64,000 nt of DNA from an uncultured Verrucomicrobiae bacterium (GTDB lineage Bacteria > Verrucomicrobiota > Verrucomicrobiia > Chthoniobacterales > Chthoniobacteraceae): the NCBI GenBank assembly GCA_963836755.1, contig CAWIKF010000002.1:1568001-1632000 (forward strand), written 5' to 3'. Each line of letters opens with the position of its first letter. Within the stretch, counting starts at the first letter, position 1. A program made the translations under genes and the position numbers. The notes under the pieces are model-generated. The model ran no database searches. It had not been told where the DNA came from and saw only the letters and a list, made by a program, of their open reading frames with translations. Shown here piece after piece: positions 47,477 to 57,467 of the stretch.

Positions 47477-50030
47477 TCAAAATTGAATCGCGGGCGGCGG
47501 CGGCACTTTGATCGTCGCGTCCTCCGCCGGTTGATCGAGCGCGCGAACCGGCTCCGCGCGGCGCACCTGCGTTTCCTGCGGCGGCGTGGCCGATGGGCCG
47601 GGCGCAGCGGAACCGGACGGCTGCGAGTCATTCGAGACGGGAATGGCCGGCAGGACGATCGTCGGCTTGACCGATTGATATGGGTCGTCGCCGGTGACGG
47701 TCGGCGCTTTCATCGGAATCGGCGCGACTTTTCCGAGATCGACGGCAAGCGTTGCGCGGGGATATTGCGATTGAATCGGCACATTGCTGATCGGCACCGC
47801 GGCCTGAGCGAATGTCGCGCCGGCGCCTTCGCCATGAACGGTGCAATATTGCTTCGGCGCCTGCTCTGGCGTGCCGAGCTCAAAATAGGTCGTGTGATGG
47901 TCGACGGTCTGGCCGCTGGTTTTGTCTGTCGTTGTTTCCACACATTTATCCGTCGCGAGCTGACCGGAGCTTAAGCAGATTTCGTATTTTTTCAGCGCTT
48001 TCGGCTGCGGAATTTCAACCGGTAAATATTTTGCGAAGCTGGAATTCATCACATCGACCCAGATCGGGAGCACGACCTCATTTGAAAATGCGCCGCGATA
48101 AATCGGCGACGGCTTATCGAAGCCGGCCCAGACGCCGCACGTGATCGCGCTGTCGTAACCGACGAACCAGTCGTCGGTGAAATTGTAGGCCGTGCCCGTT
48201 TTTCCAGCGACGGGAAATTTCTTCAGCCCATACTCTGGAAAACGCCTTGTCGCCAGTCCCTTGCTCGAGCGCCTGCGCGAGACAGGAGTTCACCTCAAAT
48301 GCGGTCGTGTCGCGGATGACGTCCGCTTTTTCGGGCTTGGATTTGAAGACGATGTTGCCGTCCTTGTCTTCGATGCGGCTGATGATGTAAGGCTCCGCGG
48401 GCCGCCAGCCTCCGTTTGGAAAAACGGTGTAAGCGAGCGCCATGTTCATCAAAGTCACTTCGCTCGTGCCCAAAAAAGTCGCCGGATACCGGCGCAGATT
48501 TAGGATTTCGCGGCCCTTCTCGTCCTTGCCGGCCACGCGGGCAAGGCCCGCTTTTTTGGCGACGGCAATGACGTTGTCAATGCCGGTCTGCATGCCGACG
48601 CGGACAGTCGCGGCATTCTTGGATTTCACCAAGGCATAGCGCGCCGGGATGAGCCCTTCGTATTTGTTGTCGACGCTTTCCGGGCCCCACTCGCCGAGGA
48701 TTCCGGTCGTGCCCCCGATCATCACCTGCCGATTGTCGATGATGGAATCCTGAAAAAGCGTGCCGGGAAAAATCCCTTTTTCAAACGCGGCCGCGTAGAC
48801 GAACGGCTCGATCGAAGTGCCCGCCGGGCGCGCCGCGGCGATGGCGCGGTTGTATTGGCTTTGAGCAAAATCACGACCGCCGATCAAAGAAAGAATCGCG
48901 CCGGTGCTGTTGTCGAGCACGACCACCGCCCCCTGCAGATACTCCGGCGCAGGCAAATTTTCTTTTTCATCCGTGTCAGCATCCTGTTTACGCTGTTTTA
49001 GCAGGGCGTTGTATTGCGCGAGTGTCTGATGCTCATAATCCTTATGCGCCTCGATCGCGGTCAATCGCTCGCGCAGCGATTCCTGCGCTTTCTTTTGAAG
49101 TTTTGCATCGATGGTGGTGTAAATGCGGTAGCCGTCTGATGTCGCGCGATCCTTGCCGACAATGTCGTCAACCTGCTGCCGGATCATGTCCATCGCATAC
49201 GAATCCGAATGAACCGGCCGCCGATTTTTCACCGCGATCGTGCGGCCGATTTCCTCGTCATACTGCGCCTTCGTGATTTCCTTGAGGTCGAGCATGCGAC
49301 CGAGCACGAAATTTCGCGTTTCGATGCAAGCCTGCCGGTTGCTCCACGGCGAAAGATTATTAGGATTTTTCAGCAAACCCGCCAGCGTCGCGCATTCGGA
49401 AAGCGTCAAATCCTTCGCCGGCTTGCCGAAGTAACCGCGCGCCGCCGCTTCCGCTCCGAAGAAGCCGTTGCCGAAATAAACGCGGTTCAAATAGAGCTCG
49501 AGAATCTTTTCTTTCGAGAAATGCCGTTCAATGTCTTGTGCGAGAAAAATCTCCAAAATTTTGCGCTGATACGTTTTTTCGCGCAGCTCAAACGTGTTGC
49601 GCGCGAGCTGCTGCGTGAGAGTGCTCGCGCCTTGCTTGATGTGACCCGCGCGCCAATTTTTGAGCGCCGCGCGAGCCATGCCGACAAAGTCCACGCCGTG
49701 ATGCTGGAAAAAACGGTTGTCCTCCGCAGCGATAACAGCCTGCGTCATCGCGTAGGGAAATTCGCTGTAGGGAATCGCGTCGCGATTTTCCAGAAAAATG
49801 CGCCCGAGCAGATTGTTGTCGCGATCGTAAATCGTGCTCGCCGATTCCATTTCCTCGAGCTTTGAAAAGTCAAACTTTGACGCCTTCGCCTCGTATTCGC
49901 TCTTCAATTTCTCGTAATAGATGGCGCCCGCAATCAGCGGCAGCACGATCAGCGCGACGAGCACGATGAACCACGCGCGGCGATAGAAGGGCGTGCGCGG
50001 CGGAAGATAGGCTTCGTAGAGATCGAGCAT
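47477..50030 (-). pseudogene. Class A penicillin-binding protein (GT51 + TP-like domain), +1 frameshift near 48240
   Basis: EDNRFFQHHGVD, GASTLTQQLARN, RKILE, LYLN. After the shift the frame continues FPVAGKTGT..DDWFVGY..GVWAGFD to the stop at 47477. Confidence 0.85.
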
Positions 50031-50111
50031 GGGGCGACCGCTACTTAAGCACCAACTCGCGGCTGCTCAAACTGCTTTTCGGCCAGCGCTCGCGCGGCGA
50101 GAATCGGCGCG

Positions 50112-51242
50112 GTGACAGGCAATCCCGCTCTTATCGAGAAAATCCGCGCACGCATCGCGGCGCAAGGTCCGCTGCCTTTTCGAGACTTCATGGCGATGGC
50201 GCTTTACGACGCGGAGCACGGTTTTTATAGCTCGGGACGGGCCCGGATCGGACGCGGCGGCGATTTTTTTACAAACGTGAGCGTCGGCCCGCTCTTCGGG
50301 CAAATGCTCGCGAGGCAGTTCGAGCAAATGTGGGAATTGCTCGGGAAGCCGCATGAATTCACGCTCGTCGAGCAGGGCGCGAACAACGGCGACTTCGCGC
50401 GCGACGTTTTGCAGGCGGCGAAGGGAGAATTTCGCGAGGCGCTGCGCTGCACGCTCGTCGAGCCTGCGCCAATCCTGCGCGCGCGACAGCAGGAAAATTT
50501 ACGCGACTTTTCCGCGAACGTAACCTGGTGCGAATCGCTCGAAGCGCTCGCTCCTTTCAGTGGCGTGCATTTTTCCAATGAACTCTTCGATGCGCTGCCG
50601 GTGCACCTTGTTCGTTTTGTGGACGGGGAATGGCGCGAATGTTTTGTTGACGGGGATTTGCAGCTGATCGACGGCGCGCCGAGCAGCGAAGCGTTGCGCG
50701 CTCGCATCGAAAAATTGGCGCTGCCGGGAATTGAAAATTACGAGACCGAGGTAAATCTCGACGCGCTTAATTTGATGGATGAAATCGCGAAAAAACTTTC
50801 GCGTGGATATACGCTGGCAATTGATTACGGATTTCCACGCGACGTTTTTTACGCGCCCGAACGCGCTCGCGGGACGCTCACCGCGCACGCCCGGCATCGC
50901 CGCAGCTTCAATCCGCTGGAACTGGTCGGCGAAAGTGATCTCACCGCACATGTAGATTTCACGAGTCTCGCGGAGCGAGGCGTCGCAACCGGATGCGCGC
51001 TCGCGGGATTTACCGACCAGCATCATTTTCTTGCATCGCTCGCTCAGTATTTTTTTGCCAGCAGCGCGCCCGATGCGAAACAGGCCCGCGCGTTGCAAAC
51101 GCTGATGCATCCGCAATTTCTCGGCACTGTTTTCAAAGTGCTCGCATTGCAAAAAGCCGTTGCGAGCCCGCAGACTTTGACCGGATTTGAATTCGCCCGC
51201 GATCCGCATGCCGCGCTGGGCCTTGCGGGCGCGGCCGATTGA
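50112..51242 (+). CDS. SAM-dependent methyltransferase, MidA/NDUFAF7 family
   Basis: FM..ALY...GFY, GDFFT, EQGANNG, SNELFDALP, IDYG, DLTAHVDF. Confidence 0.9.
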   Translation: MTGNPALIEKIRARIAAQGPLPFRDFMAMALYDAEHGFYSSGRARIGRGGDFFTNVSVGPLFGQMLARQFEQMWELLGKPHEFTLVEQGANNGDFARDVLQAAKGEFREALRCTLVEPAPILRARQQENLRDFSANVTWCESLEALAPFSGVHFSNELFDALPVHLVRFVDGEWRECFVDGDLQLIDGAPSSEALRARIEKLALPGIENYETEVNLDALNLMDEIAKKLSRGYTLAIDYGFPRDVFYAPERARGTLTAHARHRRSFNPLELVGESDLTAHVDFTSLAERGVATGCALAGFTDQHHFLASLAQYFFASSAPDAKQARALQTLMHPQFLGTVFKVLALQKAVASPQTLTGFEFARDPHAALGLAGAAD

Positions 51243-51283
51243 CTTGCATTCCAGACGGTTTGCCGCGAGAAAATTCCCTCCCG

Positions 51284-52384
51284 ATGAAGATTCTCGACCG
51301 CTACGTCAGCAAGGAAATTTTGCTGACCGCGTCATTCGCAATCGCGGTGCTGAGCCTCGTGCTCGTGCTCGGAAACATTTTCAAGCAACTGCTCGACCTG
51401 CTCGTCAACCACGACGTCCCGATCGAATACATCCTCAGTTTCATCGCCTACATTTTGCCGTTTTCGCTTACCTTCACGATCCCGTGGGGCTTTCTCACCG
51501 CGACGCTTTTGGTCTTCGGAAAAATGTCCGCCGAGAATGAATTGATCGCGCTGCGCGCAACGGGCATCAGCGTTCCGCGCGTTTGCTATCCGGTTTTCGC
51601 GCTCGCGCTGGTCGCGTCCGGGATCTGCCTTTGGATCAATGTCGACGTCGCGCCGCGTGCGCAGGAGCAAATGAAGGCCGCGCTTTTCCACATCGCCACC
51701 AGCAATCCGATCGCGATGTTCGGCAGCGACCAGGTGATTGACGAATTTCCGGGCAAGAAGATTTACGTTGAGAAGAAAGAGGGAGCGGAGTTGGAGAACA
51801 TCCTGATGTATGACCTCGACGAAAAAAACGATCCGTTGTCGGTTGTTCACGCGCAGCGGGGCTGGCTGCAAACGGATCTCTCGAGCGAGCAGCGCATCAT
51901 TTTGCATCTGACCGAAGCGCGATACGAGCAACATGACCGGCAGGAGCCAAACAACTTGATGAAAATCCGGCAGGGGATCTCGATGGATAAAATCGACCTA
52001 CCAATCTCGCTAAAGGAGCTTTACGAAAAAAACAAACGTCGGCGCGGACTCAGCCAGATGACAGTTCAGGAGCTGATGAAAAATCCGGACCGCGACCACA
52101 AGACGGCCGCGCGGACCGAGATCAATAAACGCTTTTCATTCTCGCTCGCGTCGCTCGCGTTCGCACTCATCGGCGTGCCGCTCGCGATCACCGCGCATCG
52201 CAAGGAAACGTCGATTGGATTTCTTTTCAGCCTCATCATCGCGTTCATTTATTTCTTTTTCATCATCGTCGCCGACACGGTGCATGACAATCCGAAGGCG
52301 CACCCGTCGCTGCTGATCTGGATGCCGAACATCATTTTCATGGCGCTCGGCGGCTGGCTTTTTCTCCGCTTGAGCAAAAGATAG
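51284..52384 (+). CDS. LptF/LptG family LPS export permease
   Basis: MKILDRY, ENELIALRATGIS, 3 TM + periplasmic domain + 3 TM, IGVPL, WMPN. Confidence 0.88.
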   Translation: MKILDRYVSKEILLTASFAIAVLSLVLVLGNIFKQLLDLLVNHDVPIEYILSFIAYILPFSLTFTIPWGFLTATLLVFGKMSAENELIALRATGISVPRVCYPVFALALVASGICLWINVDVAPRAQEQMKAALFHIATSNPIAMFGSDQVIDEFPGKKIYVEKKEGAELENILMYDLDEKNDPLSVVHAQRGWLQTDLSSEQRIILHLTEARYEQHDRQEPNNLMKIRQGISMDKIDLPISLKELYEKNKRRRGLSQMTVQELMKNPDRDHKTAARTEINKRFSFSLASLAFALIGVPLAITAHRKETSIGFLFSLIIAFIYFFFIIVADTVHDNPKAHPSLLIWMPNIIFMALGGWLFLRLSKR

Positions 52385-52390
52385 CGCGGG

Positions 52391-53791
52391 CTATTTCGAC
52401 TGCTCGACGAGCTCGATCAAAGTCCGCACACCGAAGCCCGTCGCGCCGCGCGCGAGGTCGCCGCGAGCTTTTGTGATGTTTGCAACCAGCGCGATGTCGA
52501 GATGCGCCCACGGAGTTTCGCGCGCGAAAGTTTTCAAAAACGCAGCAGCCGTGCACGCGCCGCCGAGTCGCCCGCCGCTGTTCTTGATGAGCGCGACGTC
52601 GCTTTGGATTTGGTCAAAGTATTCGTCATAAAGCGGCATCGGCCAGAGCCGCTCGCCAGTTTTTTCGGATGCGGCGAGCAACGAATTTTTTAAAACGTTG
52701 GACGTGCTCCAAAGGCCGGCGGCGTATTCCCCGAGAGCGACGCCGCATGCGCCAGTGAGCGTCGCCACATCGATGATTGCCGATGCGTGCAAATTTTGAC
52801 GCGCGTAAGCGATCGCGTCTGCGAGCACGACGCGGCCTTCGGCGTCCGTATTCACAATCTCGATATGCGTGCCGTCGTAAGTCGTGACGACGTCGCCGGG
52901 CCGATACGCAGCCGCGCCTGGCATATTTTCCGCGCTCGCGATTACGCCGATCACATTGCGTTTGATTTTCAACCGCGCGATTCCCGCCATCGCGCCGAGC
53001 ACCGCCATGCCGCCGCTTTTGTCGAAAATCATTTCCTCCATGTTCGCCGCCGGCTTGATCGAAATGCCGCCGGTATCGAACGTGATCGCCTTGCCGACCA
53101 GCGCGATCGGCTTCTGCTTTGCCGGACCGCCGCGATGCTCGAGCAAAATAAGCCGCGGCGGTTTTTGGCTCCCGGCGCCGACTGCGAGGATGCCGCCAAA
53201 GTTTTCCGCGCGCAGTTTCATTTCATCGAAAACCGTCACGCGCAATTTTTCGCGGCTGCCAAGTTTCTGCGCCACGCCGGCGAGCGCTTCGGGGAACAAA
53301 ACATTTCCGGGCTCGTTGCAAATTCCGCGTGCGAAATTGGTCGCAGTCGCGAGAATTTCTCCGCGAATGGCCGCGCGTTTTGCTGCGGGCACATCGGCCG
53401 CGAAACAGCGCAGCGACTGCATCGTGGGCGTTTTGGTCTCCTTAAACTTTTCGAAACGATAGTCCGCAAGCACTGCTCCCTCGATCGCCGGCTCGATGAA
53501 TTTTCGCCACGGCGAAAGATCAAACGCTGCACGTGTCCGTCCCGCTTTCTTCAAATGCATGATCGCCGTTCCTGCCGCTGAACGGATTGTCTGCGCGTTG
53601 ATTTTTGACGCGCTTCCGAGCCCGACGCAGACAAGGTTTTCGTGATGCAGATGCAGCAGTGAATTCGGCGCGCCTGTCCATTCGCGCTGTGAAATCGCGA
53701 GCGGAATTTCCGCGCGCTGATCAGCGGATAAAAAACGGACGAGTGTTTCGCCGCGCGCGATCGACTGCTTCGCGGCGAACGTGATCCTCAC
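52391..53791 (-). CDS. pepA: Leucyl aminopeptidase (M17)
   Basis: GKAITFDTGGISIK, DK.G, ENMP, NTDAEGR, ATLTG, WAHLDIA. Confidence 0.92.
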   Translation of the reverse strand: MRITFAAKQSIARGETLVRFLSADQRAEIPLAISQREWTGAPNSLLHLHHENLVCVGLGSASKINAQTIRSAAGTAIMHLKKAGRTRAAFDLSPWRKFIEPAIEGAVLADYRFEKFKETKTPTMQSLRCFAADVPAAKRAAIRGEILATATNFARGICNEPGNVLFPEALAGVAQKLGSREKLRVTVFDEMKLRAENFGGILAVGAGSQKPPRLILLEHRGGPAKQKPIALVGKAITFDTGGISIKPAANMEEMIFDKSGGMAVLGAMAGIARLKIKRNVIGVIASAENMPGAAAYRPGDVVTTYDGTHIEIVNTDAEGRVVLADAIAYARQNLHASAIIDVATLTGACGVALGEYAAGLWSTSNVLKNSLLAASEKTGERLWPMPLYDEYFDQIQSDVALIKNSGGRLGGACTAAAFLKTFARETPWAHLDIALVANITKARGDLARGATGFGVRTLIELVEQSK

Positions 53792-55383
53792 AACTCAATC
53801 ACACGCGCCGTGCGAATGTCCGGCACGGCGAGCAACTTTTCCATCAACGCCGGTTGTGGCGCGGTGTCGAGATTGAGCACCGTCAGCGCTTCGCCGCCGA
53901 CCGTGTCCCGGCTCAACGACATGCCGGCAATGTTTAAATGATGATCGCCCATCATCGTCCCGATGCGGCCGACGATGCCGGGACAGTCGCGATTTTCGAG
54001 CAGCAGAATCACGCCGCTCGGCGTTGCCTCGACCATGCGGCTGTTCACGCGCACGATGCGCGGTTCGTTTTTCGCACCGAAAAATGTGCCGGCGACCGAC
54101 GTCTTGGATTCGCCGCTGAAAGCCGCGACGTGCAGCCATTCGTTGAAATCGGTCTGCTCGCTCGATTTGATTTCCTCGATTGCCAAGCCAAGCGAAACCG
54201 CCATCGCGCGAACGTTGACGCTGTTGACCTCGTCGCCGCCGGCCGATTTCAAAAAGCCGGTGAGCACCGCGCGCGTGATCGCGTCTGACGGCAACTCGGT
54301 GGCTTTGCCGCCGTAGGTAATGACGATGCGATCGTTGCGTTTCGGCGCGAGCTGCGCGACGAAGCGGCCAAGTTTGTCGCCGAGCGCGAGATATGGTTTC
54401 ACGAGCTCAAAAGTTTTCGCGTCGATGCTTGGCATGTTCACTGCGTTGCGGATTTCGCCGTTGAGCAGTGCCGCGCGAATCGCGCGCGCGATTTCGATGC
54501 CGACACTTTCCTGCGCCTCGGCCGTGGATGCGCCGAGATGCGGTGTCAAAACAATGTTCGGCAAGTCGCGCAGCGGAAAATCCGCGGGCGGCGGTTCCTG
54601 TTCGTAAACATCGAGCGCGGCCGCCGCGACCTGACCGCTTTTCAACGCCTCGGCGAGCGCATTTTCCTCAATCAATCCACCGCGCGCGCAATTGATCAGC
54701 CGCACGCCGCGCTTCATTTTCGCGATCCGCTCAGCATTGAGCATGTGATGCGTCTCGGGCGTCGACGGCATGTGCAGCGTGATGAAATCCGCGCGTGGAA
54801 AAATTTCATCGAGCTCCTCGACCAGCTCGACTTGCAGGCTGCGCGCGCGCGACGCCGAAAGATACGGATCGTAAGCGAGCACGCGCATTCCAAACGCCAT
54901 CGCGCGTCGCGCGACTTCGGCGCCGATGCGGCCCATGCCGAGGATTGCGAGCGTCTTATTATAGAGCTCGACGCCCTCAAATTTTTTTCGGTCCCATTTG
55001 CCGGCCTTCATCGTCGCGTGCGCCTGCGGGATGTGGCGCGCGAGCGAGACGAGCAGGGAAAATGCGTGCTCTGCCGTTGAAATCGTATTTCCGTCCGGCG
55101 TGTTCATCACGATGATGCCGCGCCGCGTGGCCGCTTCGACATCGACGTTGTCCACGCCGACTCCCGCGCGGCCGATCACTTTTAAATGTGTCGCGGCGGC
55201 AATCAATTTCGCGGTTGCTTTCGTTTGGCTGCGAACGACGAGCGCCGAAAATTCCGGGATGATGGCGATGAGCTCATCTTCCTTCAGGCCGGTTTTGACT
55301 GTGACATCGAGCTCGCCGTTGCCGCGCAATTCATTGACTCCACTTTCGGAAACGGGATCGGCGACGAGAACTTTTGGAACCAT
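53788..55383 (-). CDS. serA: D-3-phosphoglycerate dehydrogenase (ASB + ACT type)
   Basis: RAGVGVDNVD, N..STAEH, GMGRIG, NCARGG, TPHLGAST.EAQ, C-terminal ACT. Confidence 0.95.
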   Translation of the reverse strand: MVPKVLVADPVSESGVNELRGNGELDVTVKTGLKEDELIAIIPEFSALVVRSQTKATAKLIAAATHLKVIGRAGVGVDNVDVEAATRRGIIVMNTPDGNTISTAEHAFSLLVSLARHIPQAHATMKAGKWDRKKFEGVELYNKTLAILGMGRIGAEVARRAMAFGMRVLAYDPYLSASRARSLQVELVEELDEIFPRADFITLHMPSTPETHHMLNAERIAKMKRGVRLINCARGGLIEENALAEALKSGQVAAAALDVYEQEPPPADFPLRDLPNIVLTPHLGASTAEAQESVGIEIARAIRAALLNGEIRNAVNMPSIDAKTFELVKPYLALGDKLGRFVAQLAPKRNDRIVITYGGKATELPSDAITRAVLTGFLKSAGGDEVNSVNVRAMAVSLGLAIEEIKSSEQTDFNEWLHVAAFSGESKTSVAGTFFGAKNEPRIVRVNSRMVEATPSGVILLLENRDCPGIVGRIGTMMGDHHLNIAGMSLSRDTVGGEALTVLNLDTAPQPALMEKLLAVPDIRTARVIEL

Positions 55384-55446
55384 AAGGAAAAGCGCGGAAG
55401 CTTGGCGGCGAATGTCCGGAGCGACAAGTTTTATGTCGCGCCGAAA

Positions 55447-56973
55447 CTACGGCGCAGTGATTTCGCGGACGTAAACGTTGATCTGTCCATCGGCACCGCG
55501 GCGCACATCGGTCACTTGAAACGGCCGCGACTCATCGCGCGAAAGCGACGCGCCCTCGGTCGGCGGTTGCGCGCCAGTCGGATATTCCACGATTACGCGC
55601 GTCGCGCCTTGCCCCGTTCGGCTGGCATTGATGCTGCCTTGCGGGCGCAGCACCGCGCGATTTTCACCCGATGCCGTCACTACGAAATTTCCCTGGAGGT
55701 AAAGTCGCTCGCCGCTCATGCCGCGGTCGGCAAGTTGGGGCGCATCCGCCGTTCCCATCATGCGCCCGCGCGGCATCTGGCCCGCCGGATAAACGCGCCA
55801 GCTTCCGCCGGAACTTTGCGCGAGATTTGGCGCGGGCGCGGATTGGAGGAATGGCGTGAGCGGCACGCCCTGCGGCGAAAGTGCACGCAGCGGCGTGGCG
55901 ACGGGGACCGACTCCGGCGTGGATCGCGCGATGCGCGGAGGCACGTTCATCGCCGTGGTGATCGGCGGAGTCGGCTCAGCCTTTGCAATGACCGGCGGCG
56001 TCGGAACCTCCGTTGCAATGACCGGAGTCGGAGCAACCTTCCCATTTTTGGCGAGGCGTTTCGGCGTTGGCGATGCGACGGGCATGTCGGGCAACGGCCC
56101 GGAATCTGCGCGCACGAGCTCCGCTGGGGCGGGCGTCGGCGCGGCAGTTGAATCCGGCCCCGGCGGGGGAGCGAGCGCGGTCTCCGGCGCGATTTTGCCT
56201 TTGAAATCGGCGTAAACTTTTAGCGCCTCTTGCATCTGGTTCGACTTCACGATCGGCAGCCCCGCTTGCAGATTTAACTCCGTCGGCGGCTCGAGCATGA
56301 AAGTTCCCGAGCCCTGCTTCAGCGTGTAGCTGCCGTAAAGCAGCGGCACAACGGTGAACTGAAAACTCCCGTTAAACAAACGCTCGATGTGGACAACCGC
56401 CGCAAGATCGAGCGTTTTCTCCAGTTTCACGTCGAGCCCTGTCTGGAGCATGTTCAGCAACGTCGGCACGTTTTTTTGATCCGCCGTGTAAACATGCTCA
56501 ACGATGGTCTGCGGATAATCGACCGAGCTCGCGACGGCCACGACGCCCGACGGAAACAGATCGGAATTTTTCAGTGGATAACTGTCGAGAATGTTGAAGC
56601 GGCCGATGACATACGGCACCAGTTTTTTCGTCTCCTGATAATTGCTGATGTAATTGCGCAGCAGCTCGTCGTTCTCGTTTTGCAACTGCAGCCGCGAAAA
56701 AGTGGAGTAGCGCTCGTAAAGTTTTTGCGCCGTCAAAAACTCGCCCGGCGGCGCGGCCGTGATCTCAAAGCGCTTCGGCGGATCGACCTTGTGAAGCTTC
56801 TTTAAAATCTTGTAGCTCTCCGGTTTTTCCGGATGGCCGAAGATGTAAAAGCTGCCGAGCCAGCACGCGAGCGTGAAGCCGATCAGCAGCAAAATAAAAA
56901 CCGTCCACGCGAACAGATAGTTGTGCCGTCGCGGCGCGGTATCCGGGTCGCGCTTAAAAAAATCGTCGTCCAT
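55447..56973 (-). CDS. Bitopic membrane protein with two extracytoplasmic domains and a Pro-rich linker, unknown function
   Basis: Single N-terminal TM, ~240-aa domain, P/T/A-rich linker, ~100-aa beta-rich C-domain. Confidence 0.75.
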   Translation of the reverse strand: MDDDFFKRDPDTAPRRHNYLFAWTVFILLLIGFTLACWLGSFYIFGHPEKPESYKILKKLHKVDPPKRFEITAAPPGEFLTAQKLYERYSTFSRLQLQNENDELLRNYISNYQETKKLVPYVIGRFNILDSYPLKNSDLFPSGVVAVASSVDYPQTIVEHVYTADQKNVPTLLNMLQTGLDVKLEKTLDLAAVVHIERLFNGSFQFTVVPLLYGSYTLKQGSGTFMLEPPTELNLQAGLPIVKSNQMQEALKVYADFKGKIAPETALAPPPGPDSTAAPTPAPAELVRADSGPLPDMPVASPTPKRLAKNGKVAPTPVIATEVPTPPVIAKAEPTPPITTAMNVPPRIARSTPESVPVATPLRALSPQGVPLTPFLQSAPAPNLAQSSGGSWRVYPAGQMPRGRMMGTADAPQLADRGMSGERLYLQGNFVVTASGENRAVLRPQGSINASRTGQGATRVIVEYPTGAQPPTEGASLSRDESRPFQVTDVRRGADGQINVYVREITAP

Positions 56974-57011
56974 TTTTCTCGAAAATTCCCGCGCGACCGC
57001 GCGAGCTGATG

Positions 57012-57353
57012 CTAATGCTGATGCGCTTCGCCAGACTCAAAGGAAGTGCCGCAGCCGCAACTGCGCACCGCGTTTGGATTATTGATGCGGAAGCCCGAGC
57101 CGCTCAACTCATCCGAGAAATCGATGGTCGAGCCGTTGAGATATTTCGCGCTCGATTCATCCACCAAAACCTGCACGCCTTCGCGCTCCACGATCTCGTC
57201 GCCATCCTTGCGCGCATCGAGCGTCATGCCGTATTGCATGCCCGCGCAGCCGCCGCTCTCGACATAGATGCGAAGGCCTTTGCCGGCGCTCTCGGGATTG
57301 CCCGCGAGCAAGGCTTGAAGCTGTTTGACGGCAGTATCAGTGACGTTGATCAT
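57012..57353 (-). CDS. A-type Fe-S carrier (IscA/ErpA/HesB family)
   Basis: GGCAGMQY, NPNA..SCGCGTSF. Confidence 0.92.
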   Translation of the reverse strand: MINVTDTAVKQLQALLAGNPESAGKGLRIYVESGGCAGMQYGMTLDARKDGDEIVEREGVQVLVDESSAKYLNGSTIDFSDELSGSGFRINNPNAVRSCGCGTSFESGEAHQH

Positions 57354-57467
57354 CGTGATCCGCAACGTATCCAAAGCGATGTTTGAAGTCAAACAAGCCA
57401 GCGCCGCGCAACCTCGGAAATCGAGATTCCGCCGCGCCTGTTTCGCGATCCGCCGCAACGATTTTTC

